Part shown: piece by piece, positions 15,962 to 25,389 of the stretch
Layout: each line of letters starts with the position of its first letter
How positions within the stretch are numbered: the first letter of the stretch is position 1
Source of the DNA: a candidate division WOR-3 bacterium
Lineage (GTDB): Bacteria > Hydrothermota > Tepidihabitantia > Tepidihabitantales > Tepidihabitantaceae
Reading direction: 5' to 3'
NCBI GenBank assembly: GCA_965648905.1
Contig: CBFGIT010000032.1
Coordinates: forward strand, 1 to 29,025
Length of the DNA: 29,025 bases
Program-made: the position numbers and the translations under genes
Notes under the pieces: generated by a model
What the model saw: the letters and a program-made list of their open reading frames with translations, nothing else
Database searches by the model: none
What the model was told of the DNA's origin: nothing

Positions 15962-16570
15962 ATGATGGCTGAAGCCTGTTTCGACCTGGGCGGCAAGGTT
16001 CTGGAAGTCCGGTGGCACGGCCGTGGCGGACAGGGCGCGAAGACCGCAGCCCTGTTGTTCGGCGAATCCGCGCTCGACACCGGTATGCACATCCAGGCGT
16101 TTCCCGAGTATGGCCCGGAGCGCATGGGCGCACCGGTGGCGGCGTTCAACCGCATTTCGGACAAGCCGATTCGGTCTCACTCCGGCATCAAGGAGCCGGA
16201 CATTGTGGTGGTGCTCGACCCGTCGCTGATTGAACCGGCGCGGGTTACCGATGGCTTGAAGCCGAACGGTATCATCCTTGTGAACTCGACCGAGAGCCCG
16301 GCTGAAATGCGCAAGCGGCTCAAGGTGCCCGAGACGGTGACGGTCTACACCGTGGACGCGTCGAAGATCGCGCAGGAAACCGTGGGCAAGGACGTGCCCA
16401 ATACGCCGATGCTCGGGGCGCTGGTGAAGGTCACCAATGTGCTGAAGTTTGACGCGATGATGAAGGCGATTGAGCAGAAGCTCTCGGAGAAGTTCACCGG
16501 CGGCAAGGCGAAGTTTGTGAAGCCGAACCTGGAAAGCGTGCGCCGGTCGTACGAAGAGGTGCGCTGCTAA
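15962..16570 (+). CDS. porC: 2-oxoacid (pyruvate):ferredoxin oxidoreductase gamma subunit
   Basis: EVRWHGRGGQGAKTAA, QAFPEYGPERMGAPV, PNTPMLGA. Confidence 0.95.
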   Translation: MMAEACFDLGGKVLEVRWHGRGGQGAKTAALLFGESALDTGMHIQAFPEYGPERMGAPVAAFNRISDKPIRSHSGIKEPDIVVVLDPSLIEPARVTDGLKPNGIILVNSTESPAEMRKRLKVPETVTVYTVDASKIAQETVGKDVPNTPMLGALVKVTNVLKFDAMMKAIEQKLSEKFTGGKAKFVKPNLESVRRSYEEVRC

Positions 16571-16604
16571 TGACGAATTGCGAATGCCGAATGACGAATG
16601 AGAG
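16570..16604. repeat. Intergenic heptamer tandem repeat
   Basis: atgacga-attgcga-atgccga-atgacga-atgagag. Confidence 0.8.
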
Positions 16605-16610
16605 GACGGA

Positions 16611-16907
16611 ATGGCGAAGCTGAAGAGCTGGCGCGAGCTGCCCTGCGGAGCGATCATCGAAGACCCGAAGGCAGTGCTCGACAACAAGACCGGGGCCTGG
16701 CGCAGCATGCGGCCGGAGTGGAACGCCGACAACTGCTCCCAGTGTCTGACCTGCTGGGTCTACTGTCCGGACGCGGCGATCGTCGTGAAGGATGGTAAGA
16801 TGACGGGCATCGACTACGAGTACTGCAAAGGCTGCGGTATCTGTGCCGCGGTCTGCCCGGGCAAGAAGCAGGTGAAAGCGATTACCATGGGAAGGGAGAA
16901 GAAGTGA
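16611..16907 (+). CDS. porD: 2-oxoacid:ferredoxin oxidoreductase delta subunit (2x4Fe-4S)
   Basis: KTGAWRSMRP, CSQCLTCWVYCPD, DYEYCKGCGICAAVCP. Confidence 0.95.
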   Translation: MAKLKSWRELPCGAIIEDPKAVLDNKTGAWRSMRPEWNADNCSQCLTCWVYCPDAAIVVKDGKMTGIDYEYCKGCGICAAVCPGKKQVKAITMGREKK

Positions 16908-16913
16908 TGAGAG

Positions 16914-16955
16914 GGCGAAGGCAGAAGGCAGAATGCAGAAGGCAGAGTGCAGAAA
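16914..16955. repeat. Intergenic heptamer tandem repeat
   Basis: ggcgaag-gcagaag-gcagaat-gcagaag-gcagagt-gcagaaa. Confidence 0.85.
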
Positions 16956-16980
16956 TGCCGGCTGCGGACCGGGAGGCAGG

Positions 16981-18135
16981 ATGATACTGGCGAAAACAGG
17001 CAATGAGGCACTGGCGTATGCGATGAAGCAGATCAACCCGGACGTGGTGGCAGCATATCCGATAACGCCGTCGACGGAAATCGTGCAGATATTCGCCGGG
17101 TATGTGAACGACGGCCTGGTCGACACAGAGTTTGTCGCCGTCGAGAGCGAGCACTCAGCCATGGCCGCGTGCATCGGCTCGGCTGCATGCGGGTGTCGGA
17201 CCATGACCGCCACGGCATCGCAGGGGCTGATGTTGATGCACGAGATGCTGTTCATCGCCGGTGGACTGAGGCTGCCGATTGTGATGCCGATTGCGTCGCG
17301 TTCGGTTTCGTCGCCCTTGAACATCCACGGCGACCACTCGGACTCGATTGCGTCGCGCGACTCGGGCTGGCTGCAGTTCTTCTGCGAAACAGTGCAGGAA
17401 GGGTACGACACGCTCATTCAGGCGGTGAAGATTGCCGAGAAGGCGAGCCTGCCGGCAATCGTCGCGGTGGACGGGTTCATTCTCTCGCACTGCATGGAGC
17501 GCATCGAGACGTTCGAGGACTCTTCGGTGCGCGGCTGGCTGGGCCGGTGGCAGCCGAACTGGAATCTGCTGGACTTGAAGAGACCGATTCTGGTCGGGCC
17601 GGCGACGATGCAGGACTACTACTTTGAGTTCAAGCGCTCTCAGATTGAGGGGATGAACCGGGTCCTGCCGGTCATCGAGGAAGTGCAGGCGGATTTCCGG
17701 AAGCACTTCGGCCGCGGCTACGGCATCATCGATGAATATCGGACCGATGATGCCGAGGCGGTGGTGCTGCTCATGGGCTCGGCCTGCGGCACGATGCGCG
17801 AGGCGGTGGACGCGTTGCGCAACGAGGGCAAGAAAGTCGGAATGGTGAAGCTGCGGGTCTTTCGACCTCTGCCGCATACCATCTTGAAGAAGGCCTTGGC
17901 CCGGTTCAAGACGGTTGCGGTCATGGACCGGGTCGACGCTGTGAACTCTTACGGCGGGCCGCTCTACACTGAAGTGACCTCGCTGCTCTATGACCTGCCC
18001 CAGCGGCCTAAGGTGCTTGCCTACGTCTACGGCCTGGGCGGCAAGGAGTTTACGCCGCTCGACGCCGCCATGGTGCTCGAAGGTGCGCTGAAAGGCACAA
18101 AGGACGAGCTGGTGACGTATGTGGGAGTGAGGTAG
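16981..18135 (+). CDS. porA: 2-oxoacid:ferredoxin oxidoreductase alpha subunit
   Basis: GNEALAYA...VVAAYPITPSTEI, VESEHSAM, TATASQGL, NIHGDHSD, YGLGGKE. Start 16981 lies behind GGGAGG. Confidence 0.95.
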   Translation: MILAKTGNEALAYAMKQINPDVVAAYPITPSTEIVQIFAGYVNDGLVDTEFVAVESEHSAMAACIGSAACGCRTMTATASQGLMLMHEMLFIAGGLRLPIVMPIASRSVSSPLNIHGDHSDSIASRDSGWLQFFCETVQEGYDTLIQAVKIAEKASLPAIVAVDGFILSHCMERIETFEDSSVRGWLGRWQPNWNLLDLKRPILVGPATMQDYYFEFKRSQIEGMNRVLPVIEEVQADFRKHFGRGYGIIDEYRTDDAEAVVLLMGSACGTMREAVDALRNEGKKVGMVKLRVFRPLPHTILKKALARFKTVAVMDRVDAVNSYGGPLYTEVTSLLYDLPQRPKVLAYVYGLGGKEFTPLDAAMVLEGALKGTKDELVTYVGVR

Positions 18136-18151
18136 CACATGGGACGTGCGA

Positions 18152-18193
18152 AGTCAAGAGTCAGTAGTCAGAGTGCAGAACGCAGAACGCGGA
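18152..18193. repeat. Intergenic heptamer tandem repeat
   Basis: agtcaag-agtcagt-agtcaga-gtgcaga-acgcaga-acgcgga. Confidence 0.8.
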
Positions 18194-18206
18194 ACGGAGG
18201 CAAGTG

Positions 18207-19163
18207 ATGGCGAGACTGAAGGACCTTTGTCAGAATCCCGAGCTATTCTCCAGCGGGCATCGGGCCTGCGCCGGGTGTGGCGAGGCGCTGGCCGTGCGCC
18301 AGATTCTCCTTGCTGCGCCGCAGCCAGTGGTGGGAATCATGCCGACCGGCTGCACCGAGATATTCTCGTCCATCTATCCGCACTCGGCCTGGCAGATACC
18401 GATGATTCACACCGCGTTCGAGACCGCGGCATCAACGGCATCAGGCGTTGAGACCGCGTATCGGTTCTACAGGAAGATGGGCCGGATGAAGGAAGACGTG
18501 AAGTTCATCGCGTTTGGTGGCGATGGCGGCACCTACGATATCGGGTTTCAGGCTTTGTCCGGTGCGTTCGAACGGAGGCACAAGTTCCTCTACGTCTGTA
18601 CCGACAACGAGGGCTACATGAACACTGGTATTCAGCGGTCGTCGGCCACTCCTTATGGCGCACACACCACGACCTCGCCAGCCGGCAGCGTGGTTCCGGG
18701 CAAGACAGTGCACCGCAAGGACATCATGGAGATAGTCATTGCCCACAATCCGGCCTACGCGGCTCAGACGACCATCTCGGTCGGCAGGCAGGCGATGACC
18801 GGCTGGCGGGACCTGAACGAGAAGGTGCAGAAGGCGCTGGCGGCGGACGGACCCGCGTTCCTGAACGTTCTTGTGCCGTGTCCTCTGGGCTGGGGTCATC
18901 CGGGCGCCCAGACCATTGAGATGGCGCAACTGGCAACCGAGACCTGCTTCTGGCCGGTGTACGAGTATGAGAACGGCAGGTACCGGATTACTTACGAGCC
19001 CAAGGACAAGCGACCGATCGAGGAGTTCCTGAAACCGCAGGGTCGGTTCAACCACCTGTTCAAGGACGAGACCGGCAGGCAGGTGATTGCTGAGCTGCAG
19101 CGCTACATCGACGCCCAGTGGGAGCTGCTGCACAAGCGGCAGCAGGCGTTCGGTCCGGCGTAG
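18207..19163 (+). CDS. porB: 2-oxoacid:ferredoxin oxidoreductase beta (TPP-binding) subunit
   Basis: GHRACAGCG, GGDGGTYDIG, DNEGYMNTGIQRS, PCPLGW. Confidence 0.95.
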   Translation: MARLKDLCQNPELFSSGHRACAGCGEALAVRQILLAAPQPVVGIMPTGCTEIFSSIYPHSAWQIPMIHTAFETAASTASGVETAYRFYRKMGRMKEDVKFIAFGGDGGTYDIGFQALSGAFERRHKFLYVCTDNEGYMNTGIQRSSATPYGAHTTTSPAGSVVPGKTVHRKDIMEIVIAHNPAYAAQTTISVGRQAMTGWRDLNEKVQKALAADGPAFLNVLVPCPLGWGHPGAQTIEMAQLATETCFWPVYEYENGRYRITYEPKDKRPIEEFLKPQGRFNHLFKDETGRQVIAELQRYIDAQWELLHKRQQAFGPA

Positions 19164-19176
19164 CTCGGTCTGACGG

Positions 19177-20448
19177 CTAGAGCCCGTACTTCAGTTCGAC
19201 CGTGAAGATGCGGGTGATGAAGTTATCGGTCTCAACCGCGTGCCATTCCGGCGCGATGCTGGCCATGACCGTCGCGCTCAGACTGCTGCCCGGACGGGAG
19301 AATACGGTCCAGTTGGCGTTGAGGTTCAGTTCGTTAAACGAGTAGCTGGATTGATAGCCTGAATCAGCCAGTGGATAGTGCCGACGGCCGATTCGGTCCT
19401 CGAATGATACCCACAGCCGGTTGACGATAAGCAAGTCGATGCCGCCGACGAGCGAGGGCTCGCGGTAGTCCTGGTCCGTGGGCAGGGGCAGGCTTTGGCC
19501 GATTGCGTACTGGGGCCCGACGCGCGCGGTGAGGTTCGCGCCGAGGTCGAGGTCAAGGCCGAGACGGAGTGTGTTCTCGAAGATGCTCTGGTAGACGTCG
19601 GTCGTTGAGTCGTACCAGGTCCAGTTGGCGTCGTTACCAAGCGTCGCTCTGAGGCGGTCAAAGAGGGTCTGGCTCAGAGTCGGACTCAGTCGCGCCTCGC
19701 GGTAGCTTCGTTCCCGGGCGGTGTAGGTTCGGCGGCCGATGCCGACTTCGACGCTTGCGTCCGTTCCGGTCTCAAAGTAGTAGTCGAGTCCAGCCTGGGC
19801 GCTGTGGCCGTGGTACTTCAGGTCGTCGTCAGCCGCACCGAGCCGCTGGTCCCAATCGCCGCCGACGTGAACCGATGCCAGCAGCCCGAGTTCCTGTCTT
19901 GCGTCGACCGAGACGTTGTTCAGCGCGTAACTGCGATAGTAGGAATCCGGCTGAGGGTAGTGGTAGTACTGAAACCGGTCCGACAACGAGAGCCTGGTGG
20001 TGTTCCACGGCTGCCAGGTGAGTCCGAGTTGACTTGTGTTGTCAAGGTAGCTCGTGTTGAACGATGTATCGGACAATTGGGGCAGGGCCCGGTGGTAGAG
20101 GCGGGCCTCGGCATCGTTCGAGACTGCCAGTTCCAGGGCGGGCAGGAACTGGTAGTCGAGGCGTAAAGACAGCCGGTCGCGGACCGACCGGGTGGAAAGA
20201 CCAAGGGCATTGTCGAGGTCGAAGCTGAACGGCAGGCGGTCAGGGTCGACCGGGGTCAGGAGCGAAAGGCCGCTGTTCCAGAAGGCTCTTGCTTCGGTCT
20301 CGATGTCAGTGGTGTCTTGTTCGGTCGTGTTCAGCTCCAGGGTGTCGAAGCGCAGCGCGGAATACTGCTGGCTGGAGTAGTCCGCGCCAAGTCCGAACTC
20401 AGAGCGAAACGTGACCGTCGAGAGCAGGCAGAGAGCGAGTGCTCCCAC
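19177..20448 (-). CDS. Probable outer-membrane beta-barrel protein (hypothetical)
   Basis: Short hydrophobic N-terminus; Tyr/Asp/Ser-rich alternating strands; ends FTVELKYGL. Confidence 0.7.
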   Translation of the reverse strand: MGALALCLLSTVTFRSEFGLGADYSSQQYSALRFDTLELNTTEQDTTDIETEARAFWNSGLSLLTPVDPDRLPFSFDLDNALGLSTRSVRDRLSLRLDYQFLPALELAVSNDAEARLYHRALPQLSDTSFNTSYLDNTSQLGLTWQPWNTTRLSLSDRFQYYHYPQPDSYYRSYALNNVSVDARQELGLLASVHVGGDWDQRLGAADDDLKYHGHSAQAGLDYYFETGTDASVEVGIGRRTYTARERSYREARLSPTLSQTLFDRLRATLGNDANWTWYDSTTDVYQSIFENTLRLGLDLDLGANLTARVGPQYAIGQSLPLPTDQDYREPSLVGGIDLLIVNRLWVSFEDRIGRRHYPLADSGYQSSYSFNELNLNANWTVFSRPGSSLSATVMASIAPEWHAVETDNFITRIFTVELKYGL

Positions 20449-20467
20449 GTCGTCTGAACCGGACGGG

Positions 20468-21523
20468 CTAGCGGTCCTTGGTCGGCAGTGAGGCGTCGTC
20501 CCTCGGCTGCACGAGTTCGATCGCTCGTTTGACCAGTCGGTATGCGGTGCGGGCTTCAGTCAAGGCAGGCTTGAGCCGTTTCTCGGCCAGGTGCTGCCGC
20601 GCGGACTCAAGCCGCAGCATTGCCTGGTCCAGGAGTCGTTCGGCTTCGGTGTTTCCCGGCTGTCTGACAGTGTTCGACCACTGCCGGGCCAGTTCCTCAG
20701 CCGTCGCGATTGTCTGTTCGACCAACTCCGGGGACAGCCCACCGCGTACAATCTCCCATGCCTTGAGCAGCAGCTCGCGGGCCGCGAGGCTGAGCTTGAC
20801 TGCCGGGACCAGGCGTTTCTCACGCAGGGCTGAGCGAGCCTGAGACTGTAGTTCTGTTGCTTTGGCGAAAAGGTCGATGGCACGTTGGTTGGCGCTGGCC
20901 TTGACTGGTTCTGCTGCGCGACGGAGCAGCTCGTCGGTCCGGTCGAGTACTTGAGCAACCTGTTCCGGGTCAACCGAGCGCTTGAGCAGACCGACCGCGG
21001 CCCGAACGTGCTCGCGAGCAGCCAGAGTGAACTTGATGGCAACGCCGTATCGTTCCTTGCCAAACGCATTCTCGGCAGTCGCCTGCTCGGTCTCGGCCAT
21101 CTTCCATAGCTCATTGGCGCGTGGCTCGCTGGTCCGCCGCACCAGCGGGCCGAATTCGGCCATCACCTCACCGGTCCGACGCAGCTCTTCTCTAGCTCGT
21201 GCCTTTTCCTGTTCCTGCCGCTGCCGCTCGCCTTCCGGGTCTTTGGCCAGTCGCGCTGCCTGCTGGGCATTCTGTCGTGCTCGTCGCGTAAGCTCAAGCG
21301 CACGGCGCGGCTGGTTGTTATCGTAGGCCTGCCAGGCCGTACGCTGCTGTTCCTCGGCAGTGGCCAGCAACTTCTTCGCCTCCTGGACTTCTGCCCTCTC
21401 GACAATCGGTCGGGCTTCGGCGATCACCTGGTCGGTCTGCTGCAGCTCTTCGAGCACACTGCCCGCGACCTGACCGAAGGTCACAGTCGCGAAGCACACG
21501 AGAATCAAGGACAACTGCCTCAT
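20468..21523 (-). CDS. Secreted all-helical repeat protein (four approx. 75-85 aa repeats)
   Basis: Signal peptide MRQLSLILVCFATVTFG (start 21523, downstream of the sigma54 promoter). Repeats A.ELL..A...Q..A..A.....A..L...AR. Confidence 0.8.
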   Translation of the reverse strand: MRQLSLILVCFATVTFGQVAGSVLEELQQTDQVIAEARPIVERAEVQEAKKLLATAEEQQRTAWQAYDNNQPRRALELTRRARQNAQQAARLAKDPEGERQRQEQEKARAREELRRTGEVMAEFGPLVRRTSEPRANELWKMAETEQATAENAFGKERYGVAIKFTLAAREHVRAAVGLLKRSVDPEQVAQVLDRTDELLRRAAEPVKASANQRAIDLFAKATELQSQARSALREKRLVPAVKLSLAARELLLKAWEIVRGGLSPELVEQTIATAEELARQWSNTVRQPGNTEAERLLDQAMLRLESARQHLAEKRLKPALTEARTAYRLVKRAIELVQPRDDASLPTKDR

Positions 21524-21539
21524 AGTCAGATATGGCTCA

Positions 21540-21555
21540 TGCACGGGTCGTGCCA
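21540..21555 (-). promoter_or_regulatory. sigma54 -24/-12 promoter
   Basis: TGGCACGACCCGTGCA = GG-N10-GC, near consensus; lies immediately downstream of a sigma54 activator gene. Confidence 0.85.
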
Positions 21556-21606
21556 GTCTTATCACGTTGATGGACAACGACTTGCGTGATACAGACACAG
21601 GTGAGA

Positions 21607-21642
21607 TGTACCGGCGGGTACACACGTGAACACCGTTGTTCA
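21607..21642. promoter_or_regulatory. Tandem palindromic upstream activator sequences
   Basis: TGTACC-ggcg-GGTACA (21607-21622) and TGAACA-ccgt-TGTTCA (21627-21642); centres 20 bp apart, about -85 and -105 from the predicted TSS. Confidence 0.7.
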
Positions 21643-22995
21643 GGCCTCCTCGCCGGGGTCAGGCCCGGTTCCGAGTCCGAATCGCTCGAGCTTCGTGTAA
21701 AGCATACGGCGGGTGATTCCCAAGAACTTGGCGGCCTTGCTCTTGTTGCCTCCGGCCCGGCGCAGCGCGTCTTCGAGCATCCGGCGCTCAACATCGAAGA
21801 GCGTGTCGGACGGGTTGTCGCCCTCAGCTCTTCCGGGCTTCATTAGGACCGGCTCGGGCAACTGGATGTGCTCTGGACCGATTTCCGCTCCGGCCGCTAG
21901 TATCACTGCGCGTTCGAGCACGTTTTCGAGTTCCCGGACATTGCCCGGCCAGTTGTACTCGGTCAGTTCCCTGATGATCGTGGGGGCGAGCTCGCGGCCG
22001 TAGCCGAGCCGGGCAAGGGTGTATCGCACCAGGGGCGCAATGTCGGCGCGCCGTTCGCGCAGAGGAGGGACCTGAATCGGAAAGACCGAGAGGCGGTAGT
22101 AGAGGTCTTCACGGAACCGGCCCTGTCGGACAGCTTCGGCAAGGTCCCGGTTTGTGGCCGCGACAATCCGGGCGTCAACCTTGACGGTCCGGGTTCCTCC
22201 AACCCGCACGAAAGTGCGTTCCTGGAGAAACCGGAGCAGCTTGACCTGAAAGGCGGAGGAGATGTCACCGATTTCATCAAGAAATAGGGTTCCTCCCTCG
22301 GCCAGTTCGAGTCGGCCGAGCTTTCGGGTCTGGGCCCCGGTGAATGCGCCTTTCTCGTAGCCGAAGAGCTCGCTCTCGAGCAGGTTCTCAGGCAGGGCTG
22401 CGGCATGAACCACGACAAAGGGGCGTGCTGACCTTGGGCTTTGGCGGTGAATCTGGCGGGCGACGAGTTCCTTGCCGACGCCGCTCTCGCCCAGCACGAG
22501 CACGGTTGCGTCGCTTGCCGCGACCTTGGCTACGAGTTCGCGCACTCGTGCAAGCCCGGCGCTCGCGCCGACCATTTCAACCTGACGCTCAACCGCGGCC
22601 AGTTCCTGACGCAGGCCGGTGTTCTCGCGCCGCAGGGTCCGTTTTTCCTGGATTCGCTCGAGCAGCAGGGTAAGTTCGTCCAGGCTGAACGGTTTGGTCA
22701 GGTAGTCATAGGCACCAGTGCGCATGGCCGCGACCGCGGTTTCGACCGTGCCATAGGCAGTCATGAGTACGACATCGGTCTCCGGGTCCAGCGCCTTGGC
22801 TGCGGCCAGAACCTGGATGCCGTCAACCGGAGCCATTTTCAGGTCGGTGATAACGACGTCGAATTCCTCGGCGTCGAGCAGCCGGATGGCTTCGGTTCCA
22901 CTTGTCACCTGGGTCACGTCATGTCCGGCTTCGGTCAGGTGCTCGGCCACCATGCGGCCGAACCGCTCTTCGTCATCAACAACCAGCAGTCTCAT
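21640..22995 (-). CDS. sigma54-dependent response regulator (NtrC/ZraR family)
   Basis: Receiver (VVDDE, DLKM), [49 protein letters not shown], Fis-type HTH. Confidence 0.97.
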   Translation of the reverse strand: MRLLVVDDEERFGRMVAEHLTEAGHDVTQVTSGTEAIRLLDAEEFDVVITDLKMAPVDGIQVLAAAKALDPETDVVLMTAYGTVETAVAAMRTGAYDYLTKPFSLDELTLLLERIQEKRTLRRENTGLRQELAAVERQVEMVGASAGLARVRELVAKVAASDATVLVLGESGVGKELVARQIHRQSPRSARPFVVVHAAALPENLLESELFGYEKGAFTGAQTRKLGRLELAEGGTLFLDEIGDISSAFQVKLLRFLQERTFVRVGGTRTVKVDARIVAATNRDLAEAVRQGRFREDLYYRLSVFPIQVPPLRERRADIAPLVRYTLARLGYGRELAPTIIRELTEYNWPGNVRELENVLERAVILAAGAEIGPEHIQLPEPVLMKPGRAEGDNPSDTLFDVERRMLEDALRRAGGNKSKAAKFLGITRRMLYTKLERFGLGTGPDPGEEA

Positions 22996-24251
22996 TTGGG
23001 CAGTCTGATTTCCACAGTTGTACCAGAACCAGGTCGACTGTCAATCTTCACCCAGCCCCTGTGTGCTTCGACAATCCGCTTGACCGAGAACAGCCCGAGC
23101 CCTGACCCTTTCTCCCTGGTCGTGAAGAATGGCTCGAAGAGCCTGGCCTGAGCTTCAGGTTCAATGCCCGGGCCCTGGTCGCGGACCAGGATAACGACGT
23201 GGCGGTGTTCAACTCGACCTGTGACCTGAATCGAACCTCCCTTGGTCTGGGTCTGAATCGCGTTCAGGACCAGGTTCAGAAACACCTGGCGCAGCTCCAG
23301 CCGCGAAGCAGTGACCAAGGGTAACTGGCCGAGGTCTGTCTTCACCTCGATGTTGTGCTGCCGCGTCTCGTGTTCCACGGCACTGAGAACGTCCGCGACC
23401 AGAGCGGCAAGGTCAAGCGGCTCGGGCGCGCCCGGGGACGACTTCCCCAGGTCCAGGTATCCGGTCACGAGTCGGTCAAGCCGGTCAACTTCGTCGGTGA
23501 TGTAGTCGAAGGTCTGGTCTTCAGTGCCGGCGCCGTACCGCTTTTTCAGGCGTTCGGCTGCGGCACGGATAATCCCAAGCGGGTTTCGGATGTCGTGCGC
23601 CAGTGCCGCAGACATCTGGCCGAGCAGGGTCATGGTTCCGGCACGACCGGCCGCCTGTTCCAGCCGGAGCGCGTGCCTTGCCAGGCTCAAGGATACGACT
23701 ACGACGGCGAGGATTGCCACAAGGCTCAGCCCATTGATGAGCAGGAGCGACCGCTGGAATCCGGCCAGCACTGAAAAGAAGCGGGCGTCAGCCTCGACGC
23801 CGAGTACGGCCCAGGTCTCGCCCAGCGAATCCTCCAAGGGGACGTAGGCGGTTTTCAGGAAGTACGGCCCTGCAGCGTAGAGCCGGGACTGAGTCGGCAC
23901 GCCGACCAGGGCAGTGAGTATCTCAGCAGCATCGAGTTCGAGTACCGGGTCGGACCGGCCGAGCATCGAGCTGTCGCCGGTGCTGGCCAGATAGTGCAGG
24001 CTCTCGTCAACAACGAAGATGCGTAGCAGCCCGTTGTCCTGCCGGGCTGTTTCGAGCAGAGGTCGAGCAGTCGAGTCGGCAGGCCGGTCGGCAATCGAGC
24101 GGGCCAAGGTGAGTGCGATGGACTCAAGTCGCGCGCCCAGTTCCTCTTCGAGAATCCGACTGGTCTGCCGAAGGACAATCCAGCCCTGAACGTTGAACAG
24201 CACGATGACCAGCACAGCCAGGGCCACAGCCCAGAAGGAGAACCGGCGCAT
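22992..24251 (-). CDS. Membrane sensor histidine kinase
   Basis: Two TMs flanking a periplasmic domain; LAHDIRNPL, NLVLNA, DQGPG, FEPFFTT, GSGLGL. Start MRRFSFW (24251) preferred because the longer ORF overlaps the divergent gene. Confidence 0.95.
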   Translation of the reverse strand: MRRFSFWAVALAVLVIVLFNVQGWIVLRQTSRILEEELGARLESIALTLARSIADRPADSTARPLLETARQDNGLLRIFVVDESLHYLASTGDSSMLGRSDPVLELDAAEILTALVGVPTQSRLYAAGPYFLKTAYVPLEDSLGETWAVLGVEADARFFSVLAGFQRSLLLINGLSLVAILAVVVVSLSLARHALRLEQAAGRAGTMTLLGQMSAALAHDIRNPLGIIRAAAERLKKRYGAGTEDQTFDYITDEVDRLDRLVTGYLDLGKSSPGAPEPLDLAALVADVLSAVEHETRQHNIEVKTDLGQLPLVTASRLELRQVFLNLVLNAIQTQTKGGSIQVTGRVEHRHVVILVRDQGPGIEPEAQARLFEPFFTTREKGSGLGLFSVKRIVEAHRGWVKIDSRPGSGTTVEIRLPK

Positions 24252-24347
24252 GGGACAGTATTCTACAACAAAGCCGCCGCGCCACAAAGCCCGTCGCTCC
24301 CATCTGCTGTCCTTGACATCCGGGCTGAACCGGGCAGGATTGGGGCT

Positions 24348-25265
24348 GTGTTTCGAAGAGTCCTGGCTGTTGTCAATCCGGTTGCAGGCCGGGCGCACGG
24401 CGCGAGGCTCAGGCCCCAGGTCGTTGCCGAACTCGGGCGTCTCTTCCCGGGCATAGGAATGGTCGAGACCGCTTGTCCGGGTCATGCGACCGAGCTTATC
24501 CGTAACTCCGACGCTGATTTGGTCATCGTGGTCGGCGGCGATGGGACGGTGCGCGAAGCCGCAGCCGCGTTGGCCGGCACTGACCGGACCCTTGGTATTG
24601 TTCCGGTCGGCTCAGGCAACGACCTGCTCAAGACGCTCGGCGTACCCGGCGACCCGCGGGCCGCGTGTCGGGTATGCCGCGATGGCCAGACCCGTCGAAT
24701 CGACGTGGTCCAGGTCAGGGCCGAAGGCAGTGGTGGACCGCGTGAGCTCATTTTCGCCAATGCGGCCGGGTTCGGGTTCGATGCCGCAGTTGTTGCCGAG
24801 GCGACGAGGTCTGTGCGTCTGCGCGGTCTGCCGCTCTACCTTGCCGCGGTCTTCCGTGCCGTGCGCGATTACCAGTGTCCGCTTGTGCGCATCGCTGTCG
24901 CAGGCCAGACCTGGGAGCAGCGGGTCCTGATGTTGGCCGTGGCCAACGGTCGTATCTACGGCGGAGGGATGAAGATTGCGCCTCAGGCCCTGCTGGACGA
25001 CGGTCTTGCGGACATCTGTGTGATTGATGCGGTCAGCCGGTTGACCATCTATCGTCGCCTGCCGCGTTTCGTGGCGGGCAGTCATGTTACCTTGAGAGAA
25101 GTAAGCATGCACCGGGCTGCCGAACTCGAGATTGAGTTCCTGGAGCCGGTGCTGGTTCAGCTTGACGGCGATGTTCTGCCTGACCCGAACCTGCGCCGGT
25201 TCGCTCTGCGCGTGCTGCCATCGTCCTTGTCTGTGCGTGTGCCGCCGGTCGCCTCGTCGGCTTGA
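24348..25265 (+). CDS. Diacylglycerol kinase-family lipid kinase (YegS/BmrU-like)
   Basis: VNPVAG, VGGDGT, PVGSGND, GFGFDA, NGRIYGGG, DDGLAD, QLDGD. Confidence 0.93.
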   Translation: MFRRVLAVVNPVAGRAHGARLRPQVVAELGRLFPGIGMVETACPGHATELIRNSDADLVIVVGGDGTVREAAAALAGTDRTLGIVPVGSGNDLLKTLGVPGDPRAACRVCRDGQTRRIDVVQVRAEGSGGPRELIFANAAGFGFDAAVVAEATRSVRLRGLPLYLAAVFRAVRDYQCPLVRIAVAGQTWEQRVLMLAVANGRIYGGGMKIAPQALLDDGLADICVIDAVSRLTIYRRLPRFVAGSHVTLREVSMHRAAELEIEFLEPVLVQLDGDVLPDPNLRRFALRVLPSSLSVRVPPVASSA

Positions 25266-25289
25266 CCGGCACCGGCATCAAGTTAGAAT
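25262..25289 (+). promoter_or_regulatory. Possible sigma70 promoter of the peptidase gene
   Basis: TTGACC, 16-bp spacer, TAGAAT; GGAGG RBS at 25381. Confidence 0.45.
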
Positions 25290-25389
25290 TGATGATTGAC
25301 ACGCACCGCACAGTGGTTCGGATGAGCGCGAACCGACTGCTGCCCTGCTTCTGCTGACCGCCTTCGTCAAACGACACTCTGGAGGAAAC

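Noticed and set aside
24313..24341. TTGACA upstream of the DAGK gene as another copy of the promoter module
   Set aside because: The -10 box is poor and there is no flanking similarity to the three island copies.
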